From a virus: 64,000 nucleotides of DNA. A program made the position numbers and the translations under genes. The notes under the pieces were generated by a model. That model saw nothing but the letters and a program-made list of their open reading frames with translations, made no database searches and had not been told where the DNA came from. Below, one piece after another: positions 20,653 through 30,962 of this stretch; position 1 is the stretch's first letter, and every line of letters begins with the position of its first letter. The stretch spans positions 31,714-95,713 of the IMG/VR virus record IMGVR_UViG_3300049617_000088; one strand, written 5' to 3'.

Positions 20653-21120
20653 AAAGAGAGGTTTCCGGGTAGCGGATACTGCGTCCTCTCTTTATATATC
20701 AACCTATTACTAGGTTTACTGTCTAGATCGCAGTAGCAGATGCCTCATTAAACAGGCAGTACAGCGCGCTTGATGTCCATTTTCCTTATCTTTTTTATTC
20801 ACCATCACCGAGATGTTGCAATCAGGTTCACAACATACATCCATGGTAAGATTGGGATCAACCTTTTCCATACGAATGGTGGGCTTAGCTTCGTTTCTTC
20901 CGGTACTCATTTAATTTTAGACTCCATATTGTTCTAAGAATACGGGCTTCTTAGGTACCCTAATGTACTTATTATCCGAGGCTTTAAGATGTAATTTGCA
21001 AGCCCACGTTTCGGCTTGATCATACTGAACATCAGTCCAAGTAGACACTACCTCTTCAGTGACAACAACTGAAACCAAAGAAAGAATATCTACGAGGACT
21101 GAATTATCTCTCATGGTTTA

Positions 21121-21504
21121 TTACTTCGCCAGCTCTTGAAGCTTATCAAAGCTCTCGCCCGACAAAGCCTGCTCAACAGCCTTCTCCAGCTTAGCCAGAG
21201 CTTCCTCAGCCTTGCTCTTCTTATCCCAAGCATCCTTACTGAAGGTCTCATTCTTGGTGCCATCACCAGAAATGCTGACCTGATCAGGACGCATCTTTTT
21301 CAGCTCGTTACGAGCATCTGTCAGCTTAGTCAAGCCCTTATCCAAAAGGTCAACTCGACTAGCCAGCTTGCGTTCTACTAGCGTTTGAGTAAGTCGAGCA
21401 CGAGCCGTATCGGTTGAGTTCTTGAGGGTCTCAGCCACGCTAGCCAACAGGTCAGTGGCAACGCTCTGCTTAGAACCGTTATTCGTTGAATCGTTTTGCG
21501 ACAT
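21121..21504 (-). CDS. Coiled-coil hypothetical protein
   Basis: ORF track; GC-richer codon usage than neighbours. Confidence 0.6.
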   Translation of the reverse strand: MSQNDSTNNGSKQSVATDLLASVAETLKNSTDTARARLTQTLVERKLASRVDLLDKGLTKLTDARNELKKMRPDQVSISGDGTKNETFSKDAWDKKSKAEEALAKLEKAVEQALSGESFDKLQELAK

Positions 21505-21773
21505 AATAATTTCTCCTGGCTTCCTTGATTTTAGTGTTTAGTGAATGTAGTTTACCGTAATAATCGTCATTAGACATAGTTAAGTTGCAGTCCCAAAATC
21601 TTTTACGAAAATGATGTCTTGTCATTTTAAGCGCGACATAATATCGTAGTCGATCTCCGACTGAAGAAAGTTCTATTCGATCCAATTTATCCAGCAAAAG
21701 AAAAAGAACGTCGAGGCTTCTTTCATTTGCCTGACGCTCTACTTCTGCTTCTAAAGATTCTAGGTTGGAATTA

Positions 21774-22265
21774 TTACCAGACCATTCGACATCCATAGCA
21801 AATAAAATCCTTTCCTATAGGCGTTTCCGCATAAGGATATAATTCGTTACATTTAGTGCAAGTACAACCATTAGAAGAAGAATCTTTTTTCATTTCTACT
21901 GGTGTCGCGGGATCAGGACACCATCCGTTAAATGAAGTGGATATCCAAGTGATAGGTTGGTTAAGTTGAATTACATAGCCTGTACTAGAACCACCACCTC
22001 CGCCACCTGAACCAGTTGGTCCTGTGGAACCATTAGCACCTGTTCCATTGATAGGAACATAATTACTTCCAGTTACCCCAGAAACAGAAGTTATAACTGA
22101 GTAACCATCAATTCCTACTATGCCGTTAGAAGGAATAGGGTCAGTATTAGCGCTGGCAACTGTTTGTCTTGCTGTTTGCTTGGCACTAATTTCTGCTAAT
22201 TCGTCATATAGTTTGGCGATTTCTGTTACAGATGTTTCATAAAAATCTACGGTGGTACAAGGCAT
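21774..22265 (-). CDS. Gly/Ser-rich protein with C-terminal Zn ribbon
   Basis: GSGGGGGGSS; CTKCNELYPYAE...FICYGC. Confidence 0.6.
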   Translation of the reverse strand: MPCTTVDFYETSVTEIAKLYDELAEISAKQTARQTVASANTDPIPSNGIVGIDGYSVITSVSGVTGSNYVPINGTGANGSTGPTGSGGGGGGSSTGYVIQLNQPITWISTSFNGWCPDPATPVEMKKDSSSNGCTCTKCNELYPYAETPIGKDFICYGCRMVW

Positions 22266-22329
22266 AACAACTCCTATAGGTGGACACGTTTATATCCACC
22301 TATATGTCAGGTCTTGAATTTATTTTAAT

Positions 22330-22551
22330 TCAATCTTCGTCATCCTCTTCATCTTCAAGGGGCTCGAAATCGGGATCAACATCTAGATCCTCCTCATCAT
22401 CGCCACCTTCAAAGTCAACCAATTCGCCATCAGCATCTTCATCTTCCATCAGGTTAGTGTAGATAACTACTTGACCATGATCATCAGTAACAATTTGAAA
22501 ACCTACTGGTAGAATTTGTTCCAGCGCTTCTTCTAACTCTTCAAGATTCAT
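22330..22551 (-). CDS. Highly acidic small protein
   Basis: D/E-rich, no Lys or Arg. Confidence 0.6.
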   Translation of the reverse strand: MNLEELEEALEQILPVGFQIVTDDHGQVVIYTNLMEDEDADGELVDFEGGDDEEDLDVDPDFEPLEDEEDDED

Positions 22552-22681
22552 TTAACTATCTCCTTCCTTTGGGTGAATAAATTATTGTTCATCACACAAT
22601 TAGGGCTACGCCAGGTTGTGAACCTGCTTGTCTCTTATGAGACAAGATGCACATATACGCAGCCTTTTAGATTGCCTAGAA

Positions 22682-23080
22682 TTAGGCAGTCTTGCTGGGA
22701 CGAGCCGGAATCGACTGACCCGGAGTTGCAAGGCGGAGAACACCACCACCCTTGCCCTTGCCGATATCCAAACGACCACGGCACGCCTTGGTCTCAGGAT
22801 CACGATCCGCCTGACCAACGATATACGCATGAATGCGCTTCGTCAGTGCGCCATGCTGCGCAGGAGCAACACCCAGGCTCGAAACCGCAGCCGACACCAA
22901 TGCAGGCATCGGAAGACGATCACTGGGGAACTGATCAAAAACAGCCTCAACAGCCGTCTCAATCGTCTCCACCGGGGTCTCATTCTCCACCTTCCAATCG
23001 GCAAGAGCAGCTCGGTAAGCCGCAGCCGAAAGATCCAAATCCGCCGAACCATCACTACCCAAACGTGTAAACTTATCCAT
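22682..23080 (-). CDS. Putative winged-helix DNA-binding protein; paralogue of 62948..63397
   Basis: AV.AVFD.(F/Y)P....MPAL...H.AL..R...GKGGGV shared with its paralogue. Confidence 0.6.
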   Translation of the reverse strand: MDKFTRLGSDGSADLDLSAAAYRAALADWKVENETPVETIETAVEAVFDQFPSDRLPMPALVSAAVSSLGVAPAQHGALTKRIHAYIVGQADRDPETKACRGRLDIGKGKGGGVLRLATPGQSIPARPSKTA

Positions 23081-23142
23081 TGTGAAATTCTCCTTTGGTT
23101 TTAACCAAAATTTAAAACGTAACATTAACGTGACAATACCCA

Positions 23143-23190
23143 ATCTAGATTATTCTGGCTTGGATACTTTTGATCTAGATTATTCTAGAT
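23143..23190. promoter_or_regulatory. Operator-like direct repeat ATCTAGATTATTCT (2 copies, 30-bp period); second copy palindromic
   Basis: Copies at 23143 and 23173; ATCTAGA-N4-TCTAGAT. Confidence 0.5.
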
Positions 23191-23198
23191 GCAAACTT

Positions 23199-23504
23199 TT
23201 ACTGACCATCAACCGCATCATCGGGAGGCGGCGCAGGAATGGTAGTTGGCTCCGCAACAGGAGCAACTTTGAAGATGCCACCATGAGCACCTTTCCGAAC
23301 ATCGACATTCGGATAACCATCGAAAAGAAACTTGAGAGTCGGATACAACTGGGGACCTGTCATTCCGTATTCCTTGGCAATATCACCTGCCAACTTGGTC
23401 GCCGGAATCTTCTCCCCAGGCTTAATAGCCTCGATCCGCTCAGAAGCCTTCTCAAAGATGATACGAATTTTGGCAAGACTATTTTCAATATGAGCTGAAT
23501 TCAT
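23199..23504 (-). CDS. Putative winged-helix protein with Rrf2-like wing
   Basis: Helix-turn-helix pattern followed by VRKGAHGGIF. Confidence 0.5.
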   Translation of the reverse strand: MNSAHIENSLAKIRIIFEKASERIEAIKPGEKIPATKLAGDIAKEYGMTGPQLYPTLKFLFDGYPNVDVRKGAHGGIFKVAPVAEPTTIPAPPPDDAVDGQ

Positions 23505-23566
23505 TGATATGTAATTCCTTTTTAGAAAGGTTGAAGAAATGAGACTGTATTGGCTACGGGCGCCTC

Positions 23567-23597
23567 ATCTATAGGCGCCCTCCGTTTTACGATGGGT
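23567..23597 (-). promoter_or_regulatory. Bipartite motif copy 2 (N9-TATAGAT), overlapped by a GGGCGCCT/AGGCGCCC hairpin
   Basis: Exact 15-mer match. Confidence 0.75.
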
Positions 23598-23623
23598 AGT
23601 GTAATCACCCGTTCACGATTCAA

Positions 23624-23938
23624 TTACCAGCTACGGTAACGAAGCCAAAGCTTGGCGCCCTTAACTGCACGCGAAGGAGCAGTTTTAGACTTGGCAAGAC
23701 TATACATAACTGCTTCCGAAATGTCATACATGGAAGCAAACTCTGGCAGAAGAACCGTAATCGGCTTTTCCACCAAACGAGACAGCGCCACCAAACGACC
23801 TTCTCTACGGTCAAACTTATCTAGTGGATTGAGAACAGACAACTGATACTCAGCCGTGTTCTTCTGACGGTTAACGGTAATTGCCAACGTGCCCACAGGA
23901 CGATAGTTGGCGTCACGAAGATACATAATTCTAGTCAT
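23624..23938 (-). CDS. Hypothetical phage protein
   Basis: S..NP.D.FDR..GR..A..R pattern. Confidence 0.6.
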   Translation of the reverse strand: MTRIMYLRDANYRPVGTLAITVNRQKNTAEYQLSVLNPLDKFDRREGRLVALSRLVEKPITVLLPEFASMYDISEAVMYSLAKSKTAPSRAVKGAKLWLRYRSW

Positions 23939-23975
23939 TGTAATAACCTAATCTTTCTTTTTGTTTAAATGTTAA

Positions 23976-24467
23976 TTAGCAAACTGCGGAATGTTCCCAT
24001 CCTTCATAACCATATTCGTTGTAAGTTCCGGTAACACTTTCAACAAACTCTTTGTCTAACTCTTCAGGCACTGAACCTGGAGTATAACTTTGACTAAGGA
24101 AAGAAATGCTTGCCGAAAAAGGAACGCCATAATCTTCTGAAAGAGCAACGGCTTCCGATAAATACTTCTTTGCTTTTGCCAGCTTAGCATTAATCTTTTC
24201 AGTAGCTTCGGCAACCGTACTCCTAAACTCTCGTTCTAACTCAGAGTCTCGTGGATCCAAAGTGTCAGTGGAAACAGTTTCGACAGAACCGTCGTCCCAT
24301 TTAACTTCAGCATGAGCTGTCATCTCAGCTTGCTCTTCCTTGGAGAGACCCCAATAACTATTGGTTCGAGCAACTCTAGCGGGGAAGAATTGGAGAACAA
24401 CTCCATCCTATAGGTTTCCATCTTCGTCATGAGTCTGAACGAGATCGTTAACTTTACAGTCTTCCAT
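23976..24467 (-). pseudogene. W-x-S-S-x-x-C family paralogue with in-frame TAG at 24408-24410
   Basis: MEDCKVNDLVQ...GNL*DGVVLQ, in frame to ...EGWEHSAVC. Confidence 0.6.
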
Positions 24468-24473
24468 GTTAAT

Positions 24474-25079
24474 TTATTCTTTCAATAGGGTTAATAGTTT
24501 GTTGATGATTACTTCTGTTTGTGCTATTGAGCTTTCGATAGTGCCGGAGGTGTCGATAACATAATCTGCTAGAGCAACCTTTTGTTCCAGCGCCATCTGA
24601 ACCTCAATTCTAGCCACCGCCTCGTCCCGCGTCAAGCTATTGCGCGACATTAGGCGCGCAAGCTGCGTATCTCGCGGACATGACACAACAATCAGGGGAC
24701 GATACTTCTCTACATCGCCCATTTCACAGATCAAAGCAGCATCATATCCTACCATACCATGTCCGTCCTGATGATACTTCTGGAATTGAAGGGCTACTTC
24801 CTGCTGAATCAAAGGTAACATAATGCTATTAACTTCATTCAAACGATCTTGATTACCAAAAACTAACTTAGCCAGTTTAGGACGATCCAACATCCCATCC
24901 TGGTTAAGATATTCTTTACCGAAATGATTAATCATTTGGTCAAGACCCTTAGATCCGGGCTCAACTACTTGACGAGCCACAATATCAGCATCAATCATAG
25001 GGATGTTATAACGGCGGAAGGTTTTAGTGACAGTGCTCTTGCCACACGCAATACCGCCAGTTAATCCAAAGGTAATCAT
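24474..25079 (-). CDS. coaE: Dephospho-CoA kinase
   Basis: GLTGGIACGKST, IDADIVARQVV, LDRPKLAKLVF, RLMSRN, ADYVID. Confidence 0.93.
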   Translation of the reverse strand: MITFGLTGGIACGKSTVTKTFRRYNIPMIDADIVARQVVEPGSKGLDQMINHFGKEYLNQDGMLDRPKLAKLVFGNQDRLNEVNSIMLPLIQQEVALQFQKYHQDGHGMVGYDAALICEMGDVEKYRPLIVVSCPRDTQLARLMSRNSLTRDEAVARIEVQMALEQKVALADYVIDTSGTIESSIAQTEVIINKLLTLLKE

Positions 25080-25718
25080 TTTACATTCCCCAATTACTTT
25101 TACATACTTCCAAATCTTTAAAACAGGCTGCGTTCCAATCTTCTACTGACCAGGAAGAATTCTTCGTACTAGAATATGCTTCTAAACAATATTGTAAATT
25201 CTTCTGACAGATACTAGGAATCCGAGAACCAGTTGTAGCACAAGCGGTGCCAACTAATAATAGAATTAGAAGAGTTTTCATTCTCAATGCCTGCGCCAAA
25301 TCATAAATACAATTGCTATAATTATAAATATAATTGGCATGATACCATGAGTAATATGGTGATTATCTTTATTGCTATTCATTAAAGTACTCCTAAAAAT
25401 TAGGTAGTTTATGGTTCACTACCAACCGGGGCAATCGGTTTTGGACACCGATGCCTCCACCAGCTATCAAGCTTAAACACTTAATAGCGATGTCTGTCCT
25501 GTTTCCCAGGTTACTCCGTCATGAGTAAGGATCTTCTTACCACATACTGTCCATTTTTAACAGAGAACCAAACTTGGTCACCAGTATTATATTTAATATA
25601 AGTATATAAACCATTCACTTCAATGGTATGAACTCCATTTTTATGTTTAGTAATAATGGTTTGATCATAATCCAATGAACCTGGGACAATCTCGGCATCC
25701 AAATTATTTGTCATAACG

Positions 25719-26234
25719 TTAAATCTTTTTAGATACTTGACCAGTAGCACTTAAACACATCGTGCCATTAAGAATTGGAACAACAGTAGGAATACTTCCA
25801 CTTAAAGTAAAGGTTAGAGTAACTGCTCCTGAACTGAAATATTGATTCAATACTGCTTCACTAGCTTGCACTGGCAAATTAATGTTAGATGATTGTTGCT
25901 CTGTCGAAGTCAGAGTGAAATCAATCATTGACACACTTGGCAATGTTTGGGTAGAAATTAATACATCAATCTTATTGACCCAAGACATATCACCAGTAGT
26001 ATTATCCAAACTTAATTGAGTTAAATTAATAACTGTTTTGTTATCAACATTATTAATATTGTTTAGAGTACTTGAAATGTTTACGTCTTGAGTAAAAGTA
26101 AAAGAAGGGACTGGACCAGGCGGATCTCCCAGAGAATTTAAAGATCCGCTGTAACAGATAGAAGGTTCATCAACCGAAACTGTTACGCAACCTGTCATCA
26201 AGAGACATGCAGCTAAAGCTAAAAGTTTATTCAT
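25719..26234 (-). CDS. Putative lipoprotein
   Basis: Signal peptide with lipobox LMTGC. Confidence 0.65.
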   Translation of the reverse strand: MNKLLALAACLLMTGCVTVSVDEPSICYSGSLNSLGDPPGPVPSFTFTQDVNISSTLNNINNVDNKTVINLTQLSLDNTTGDMSWVNKIDVLISTQTLPSVSMIDFTLTSTEQQSSNINLPVQASEAVLNQYFSSGAVTLTFTLSGSIPTVVPILNGTMCLSATGQVSKKI

Positions 26235-26247
26235 GGTCGTATAATCC

Positions 26248-26781
26248 TTAAAAATAAACGGTAAATCCTAATTTACCAGTGGGGACTGCCGAAACATTTG
26301 CTGAAGGATTACCAATTCTCAATGCTGGATTGGCATCTACAACTGATTGAAAATCAAAAGTAGAAGCATGAATCCAACTTGGACCACCTTGAAGAAAAAA
26401 TCTCCATCTATTACGACGACCAAACTCTAATCCCAAATGAAGATTAACATAATCATAATCGAAACTTGGCAAAGAATTTGCACCCGGTACCTTCCCTTCG
26501 AAAGCATGACCGCCTTCTAAAGTCAAGGTTGGAGCAATGGGAAAGTTAATTGGGTCTAAAGTGAAGCCACCACGAATGCCCGGAGCCATTACATTATGAG
26601 TTCCAGCTACTGTTAATCGTAACCAATTAACAGGGCGAACAACCACACCTAATGCTACTCCATCGGGAGCACCCACATCTGCTTGAACTCCAATCCATTT
26701 GTGTCTAGTTTCGTCGGCAGATGAAGATCGGTTTACTAAAATAACTAATAAAAACAGGGCGATATATAATATTTTGCGCAT
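26248..26781 (-). CDS. Putative outer-membrane beta-barrel protein
   Basis: Signal peptide, amphipathic beta strands, C-terminal LGFTVYF. Confidence 0.7.
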   Translation of the reverse strand: MRKILYIALFLLVILVNRSSSADETRHKWIGVQADVGAPDGVALGVVVRPVNWLRLTVAGTHNVMAPGIRGGFTLDPINFPIAPTLTLEGGHAFEGKVPGANSLPSFDYDYVNLHLGLEFGRRNRWRFFLQGGPSWIHASTFDFQSVVDANPALRIGNPSANVSAVPTGKLGFTVYF

Positions 26782-26816
26782 ACCTTCACATATAACCGTT
26801 AACTGCAAAGGCTATA

Positions 26817-27704
26817 ATGTTTTACATTTACTTAATTTTTAATAAAGAAAACGGCAAAATATATGTTGGTAAAACTAACAATCCAAAATATAGATTACGT
26901 ACTCATTTAAAAATAGCTAAAGGTGGTAGAGAAAAATATCCTAGAATGTTTAGCGTGATTCATGCCGCTATAAATAAATACGGCAAAGAAAATTTTGTTT
27001 TCAAACTTATTGAAAAAACAATAACTGAATCAGAAATTTTGATTAAAGAAAGTCAGTGGATAAAATCATTAAAAGATTCTGGATACATTTTATACAATCT
27101 AACTGATGGTGGAGATGGTGTTTCAGGATGGCATCATACAGAAAAAACTAAAAGAAATATGTCTTTAAACAAAAGTGGAGCTAATAATCCTATGTTCGGA
27201 ACACATAGACCCGAATCTGTTAAAAAAGATATCTCAAATTTTAGAAAAGAAAACTTTAATTATTATTCTAATCTTAATAGAGGTAGCAAAAATCCCAACG
27301 CAAAGCTAACAGAAAACAAAGTTATCGCAATTAAAAAACTTATCTCAGAAGGTCTCAAAGATATTGAAATTGCAAATCTATTTTCTGTTAGCAAAAAATT
27401 AATAAATGATATTAGAAATACCATGAACATGCTTTGGTTTCGCTGGCTGTTGAGATACCACATGGTTTGGAATCGTCTTATCAGCATCGCGTTGCTTGCG
27501 ATAGGCGACATACTCTTGATAGTCAATACGATGACGACGTTTACGGAAGCCTCGCTTACTCATTATTCACCTGCCAATCCGAAAAAAGTCACATCACCCA
27601 AACCAAGTTCAAACTCTTTCTCTGGATTGCGAGCAAACTCATGCTTGAACACCAAGCATTGTTCCTTTAAAGTACCAACATCATTGATCTTTATCTTGAG
27701 TTGA
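26817..27704 (+). CDS. GIY-YIG endonuclease with NUMOD3-like/HTH tail; C-terminus after about 27420 looks aberrant
   Basis: FYIYLI.N..NGKIYVGKT...R...H, E, YNLTDGGDG, HTEKTK, NPMFG. Confidence 0.85.
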   Translation: MFYIYLIFNKENGKIYVGKTNNPKYRLRTHLKIAKGGREKYPRMFSVIHAAINKYGKENFVFKLIEKTITESEILIKESQWIKSLKDSGYILYNLTDGGDGVSGWHHTEKTKRNMSLNKSGANNPMFGTHRPESVKKDISNFRKENFNYYSNLNRGSKNPNAKLTENKVIAIKKLISEGLKDIEIANLFSVSKKLINDIRNTMNMLWFRWLLRYHMVWNRLISIALLAIGDILLIVNTMTTFTEASLTHYSPANPKKVTSPKPSSNSFSGLRANSCLNTKHCSFKVPTSLIFILS

Positions 27705-27903
27705 TCCATTCGATTATCATTATTACTAACTCTCATATCCTTCATGAGACTAGCAATTTCATTCCTAGCAGACTCTTCTTCAGAACGATATCTCTTATAT
27801 AGAGAAGTAGCTGGACCAACTAATTCTGAACCCTTATACTTATAAGTCCATTTAGTACGACCCATTGAAACATGATCATTATACATTCCCATAATTCACT
27901 TCC

Positions 27904-28714
27904 TTATTCTTCTAATTGTTCAGACTCTTTATTCTCAGCTTCTAATTCTAGGATATCTTGTAGACTTAAATTATCTCCATCCTCCAACCCTCTGAAATAA
28001 GCCATGATATCTTTGATTAAATTATTCTGATTTATGTCAACAGATTCTTCTTTAGGTTTTTCTATCTTAGGTGTTGCGGTAGAAAGATTACTTTTTCCAT
28101 TATTAAGAATTTTTTCTTCTTGTTTAATGGATCGAGTTGCTTGTTTGGATTCTGGAATATCTACTCCGTGCAATGCCATATTCTTTTTAATTGATTCGAC
28201 AACTCCTTGGCAATAGGAATCAATATAAATTGGACCTCGTCCCAAACATTTGGTATCGATTAAAGTATTAATCTTTTTGAAAAAAGTGGCAAAAACAAAC
28301 TTAGTATATTCGGCGTCTTCATCATCGCCATAAACATAATAATTAAATTCTTCATCTCCTGAAGCGGGATGAATAGTTTCTTGTACCACATAACAATAAA
28401 AATGTTTAGAGCAAACTAAAGCTAACGCTTGCATCCAACCAATGACTTTAAAAGTAACGCTTGCATCCAACCAATGACTTTAAAAGTAACGCTTGCATCC
28501 AACCAATGACTTTAAAAGTATGGTATAATAATTCGTTTTGACTGTAGCTAACCTCTTGCTTTTCCAGGCTAGCCAGCTCCTCTGGAGTAATGTTATACTT
28601 TTCAATCAACCTATCAGCTATCGCAGACGCTGCCGAAGCCTCGTTGCTATTGGGAGAATTAGATAAATTGCGGAGGAGCTTTACTTTAGTTAGTATGGCT
28701 GGTGGAGTTGGCAT
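27904..28714 (-). pseudogene. DUF2786-like protein split by a 32-bp tandem triplication
   Basis: ILTKVKLLRNLSNSPNSNEA.AA...A..LIEKYNI; a single repeat copy gives one continuous ORF. Confidence 0.7.
28423..28518. repeat. Perfect 32-bp tandem repeat, 3 copies
   Basis: TAACGCTTGCATCCAACCAATGACTTTAAAAG x3. Confidence 0.95.
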
Positions 28715-28733
28715 CTTGCTATAACTATATCAA

Positions 28734-29435
28734 TCACCAACTGAAATTAGTTGGAGCATAAACCTGACTTTGCATCCTAATAATCTCCCTCAGATCAGAA
28801 CGGGGTTGATAATAATCCGATTCAGCTACTCGAATCAGATAGCGCCACTCATTAGCGGAAGCTACCACACCAGTGTGAATATCCCACCAATCAAACTCTA
28901 CTACTGTAGCTGATGGAACAGTCATAGTTCTAAAAACTGGCTTGGAGGTCAAATCTTGAACATACTGCGACATCATATTATAGACCTCATAAGAGGGTTC
29001 CGAGGGAATCGGAACATACAGAGGGCTATTAACGAACTTGGTTAGACATCCTGTACCAGTAACCAGCAGATGATATCTATTGGGACGAGGATCATTCTCC
29101 TGCGCAAAGATATCAGGCTTCCCAGAACCACCCGGATTCTTGGTATTATCCCTTGGAGCACCATCTGTATGCCAACCAGGGATAGCTGGAGACATTCCCT
29201 TCATCAACATATGAATTTTGGTGTCAACGATAACATGCTTCCTATCATGACGGATGTTCATTGCACGCAAAGCGAGACGAGTAATTTCTCCACCATAACG
29301 AACAGCATCATCCAGAGAGGCATTCCAAAGACCGAAAGTATTCTTCAGTTCATTGGTCGGAGGCTGCTCAATGGAGCCGCCAATCACCAATGGATTACGA
29401 TTAAAAAGAACCTTGGTTGTCTTCTCGTTATTCAT
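28734..29435 (-). CDS. Phage 2OG-Fe(II) oxygenase-like protein
   Basis: PAIPGWHTDG (HxD), distal DIHTG and WRYLIR. Confidence 0.55.
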   Translation of the reverse strand: MNNEKTTKVLFNRNPLVIGGSIEQPPTNELKNTFGLWNASLDDAVRYGGEITRLALRAMNIRHDRKHVIVDTKIHMLMKGMSPAIPGWHTDGAPRDNTKNPGGSGKPDIFAQENDPRPNRYHLLVTGTGCLTKFVNSPLYVPIPSEPSYEVYNMMSQYVQDLTSKPVFRTMTVPSATVVEFDWWDIHTGVVASANEWRYLIRVAESDYYQPRSDLREIIRMQSQVYAPTNFSW

Positions 29436-30885
29436 TGCCTTTTCTTTCATCGTACAAACATTGATCGCATTTACTATCTTCATACAATTCATCGGAATCA
29501 ATCGGAATCAAATAGCTTTTGACATGCAGCACAGCATACATAGTTCTCAGGGAAACATTCCTTATGAATCTCATCGCATGCCATGCAGGTTGAAGACCAA
29601 CTACGCTCGTGCTCACACATTCTAGGATCTAATGCCCGCATCTCACTTGAGAGTTGACGAGCTAATTCTTTTTCTCCACTGTTATAAGCTGCACATATTC
29701 TTTCAATTAAAGATTTTCGTTTATCACAAGTATTAAACCACTCTTGTCGGCGTCTAGATATTTCTTCTTTACTTAAAGTAGACATCTTAACCTGTCACAT
29801 ATGCAATGATCACATCTACCATCTTCATATAATTCATCGGGGTCGAGTGGTATTTTACATTCGATACAGCGAGATATTCGTGTTGAACCAGTTTGGTCAG
29901 GATCACATTCCGTACAGGTACAAGTATTTTTCGCAACTAAACCGTGGTTAATTCCACGCGGCGAATTGCATGGGCATCCATCTGCAATGCAACGATTCTC
30001 TGGCAACAATGTTTCGCCACAAGCACGACAGCTATCACAATCGGTATAGATGTTTTCACCTTCCATTGGATGGAAATCGTTGGGATTCATTTTGTAATCA
30101 TCCGACATTAGATTTAGTTAGGTTACAGATGAAGTATTCTTGGTCAGTTGGCTCTCGAACTGAGCCACAAAAAAACTGTGTGTTGTACTGGACAGTAACC
30201 AATCTGTCCTGGGAATTGATTCTTGTAAGCATTTTCTTCTGTGACATAAACGTGAGATAGCCTACCGGACTTGAAGGGATCTTTAACTTCTGAGTCGGGA
30301 ACTATCTTCTCACATTCAACACAGAACCAAGTCATTTCTTTTCCTCAAGGTACTTAACTACTTCCTGGCTAGACTCTTGAACTTTTTGAATCTTTTCACT
30401 TAACTTCTTATCAGGAATAGTTTTCGTAATCTCGGTAGATTTTCTACCGATTTCTTTATAAAATTCCTTGACATCATTCGCATGTTTTTTAGTTTCTTCA
30501 CTCATAATTTTCTACCTTTTTATTTTTGCTCTCCGACTAAATGTTTGACAATTGTGTACCCCATGTATTTATTGGGAATTAATTGGCAAACTTCGGCGGA
30601 GGATTCTATTTCAATATGGAAGCCATCCTTTTCAAAACGGGTTGAGAGGATACCTCCACGTGTACTAGTAACCCAGGAATCGGAGAAGTCAATGGCGAAC
30701 TGTTGTTTAATATTACGACGCCTATTTTCTTCTTTTAATTTATCGTGATGGTCAGCACGCCAACAATCCCAACAAATCCAACCCTCTAAATAAGGAATAG
30801 GCTTACCAGAATGGTAGATATATTTATTATGTATTTCACAACGAAAGACTTTAATGTCTTCTAATCGAAACATGTATTCCTTTTC

Positions 30886-30962
30886 TGGTGGGTCCAGTGG
30901 GACTTGAACCCACAACAAGACGGATTAAAAGTCCGCTACTCTGCCAATTGAGTTATAGACCC
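30886..30962 (-). tRNA. tRNA-Lys(TTT)
   Basis: GGGTCTA/TGGACCC-A-CCA, GCGGA-CTTTTAA-TCCGT. Confidence 0.93.

Noticed and set aside
28423-28518. CRISPR array (32-bp repeats)
   Set aside because: Repeats are head-to-tail with no spacers and lie inside a gene; no cas genes are present.
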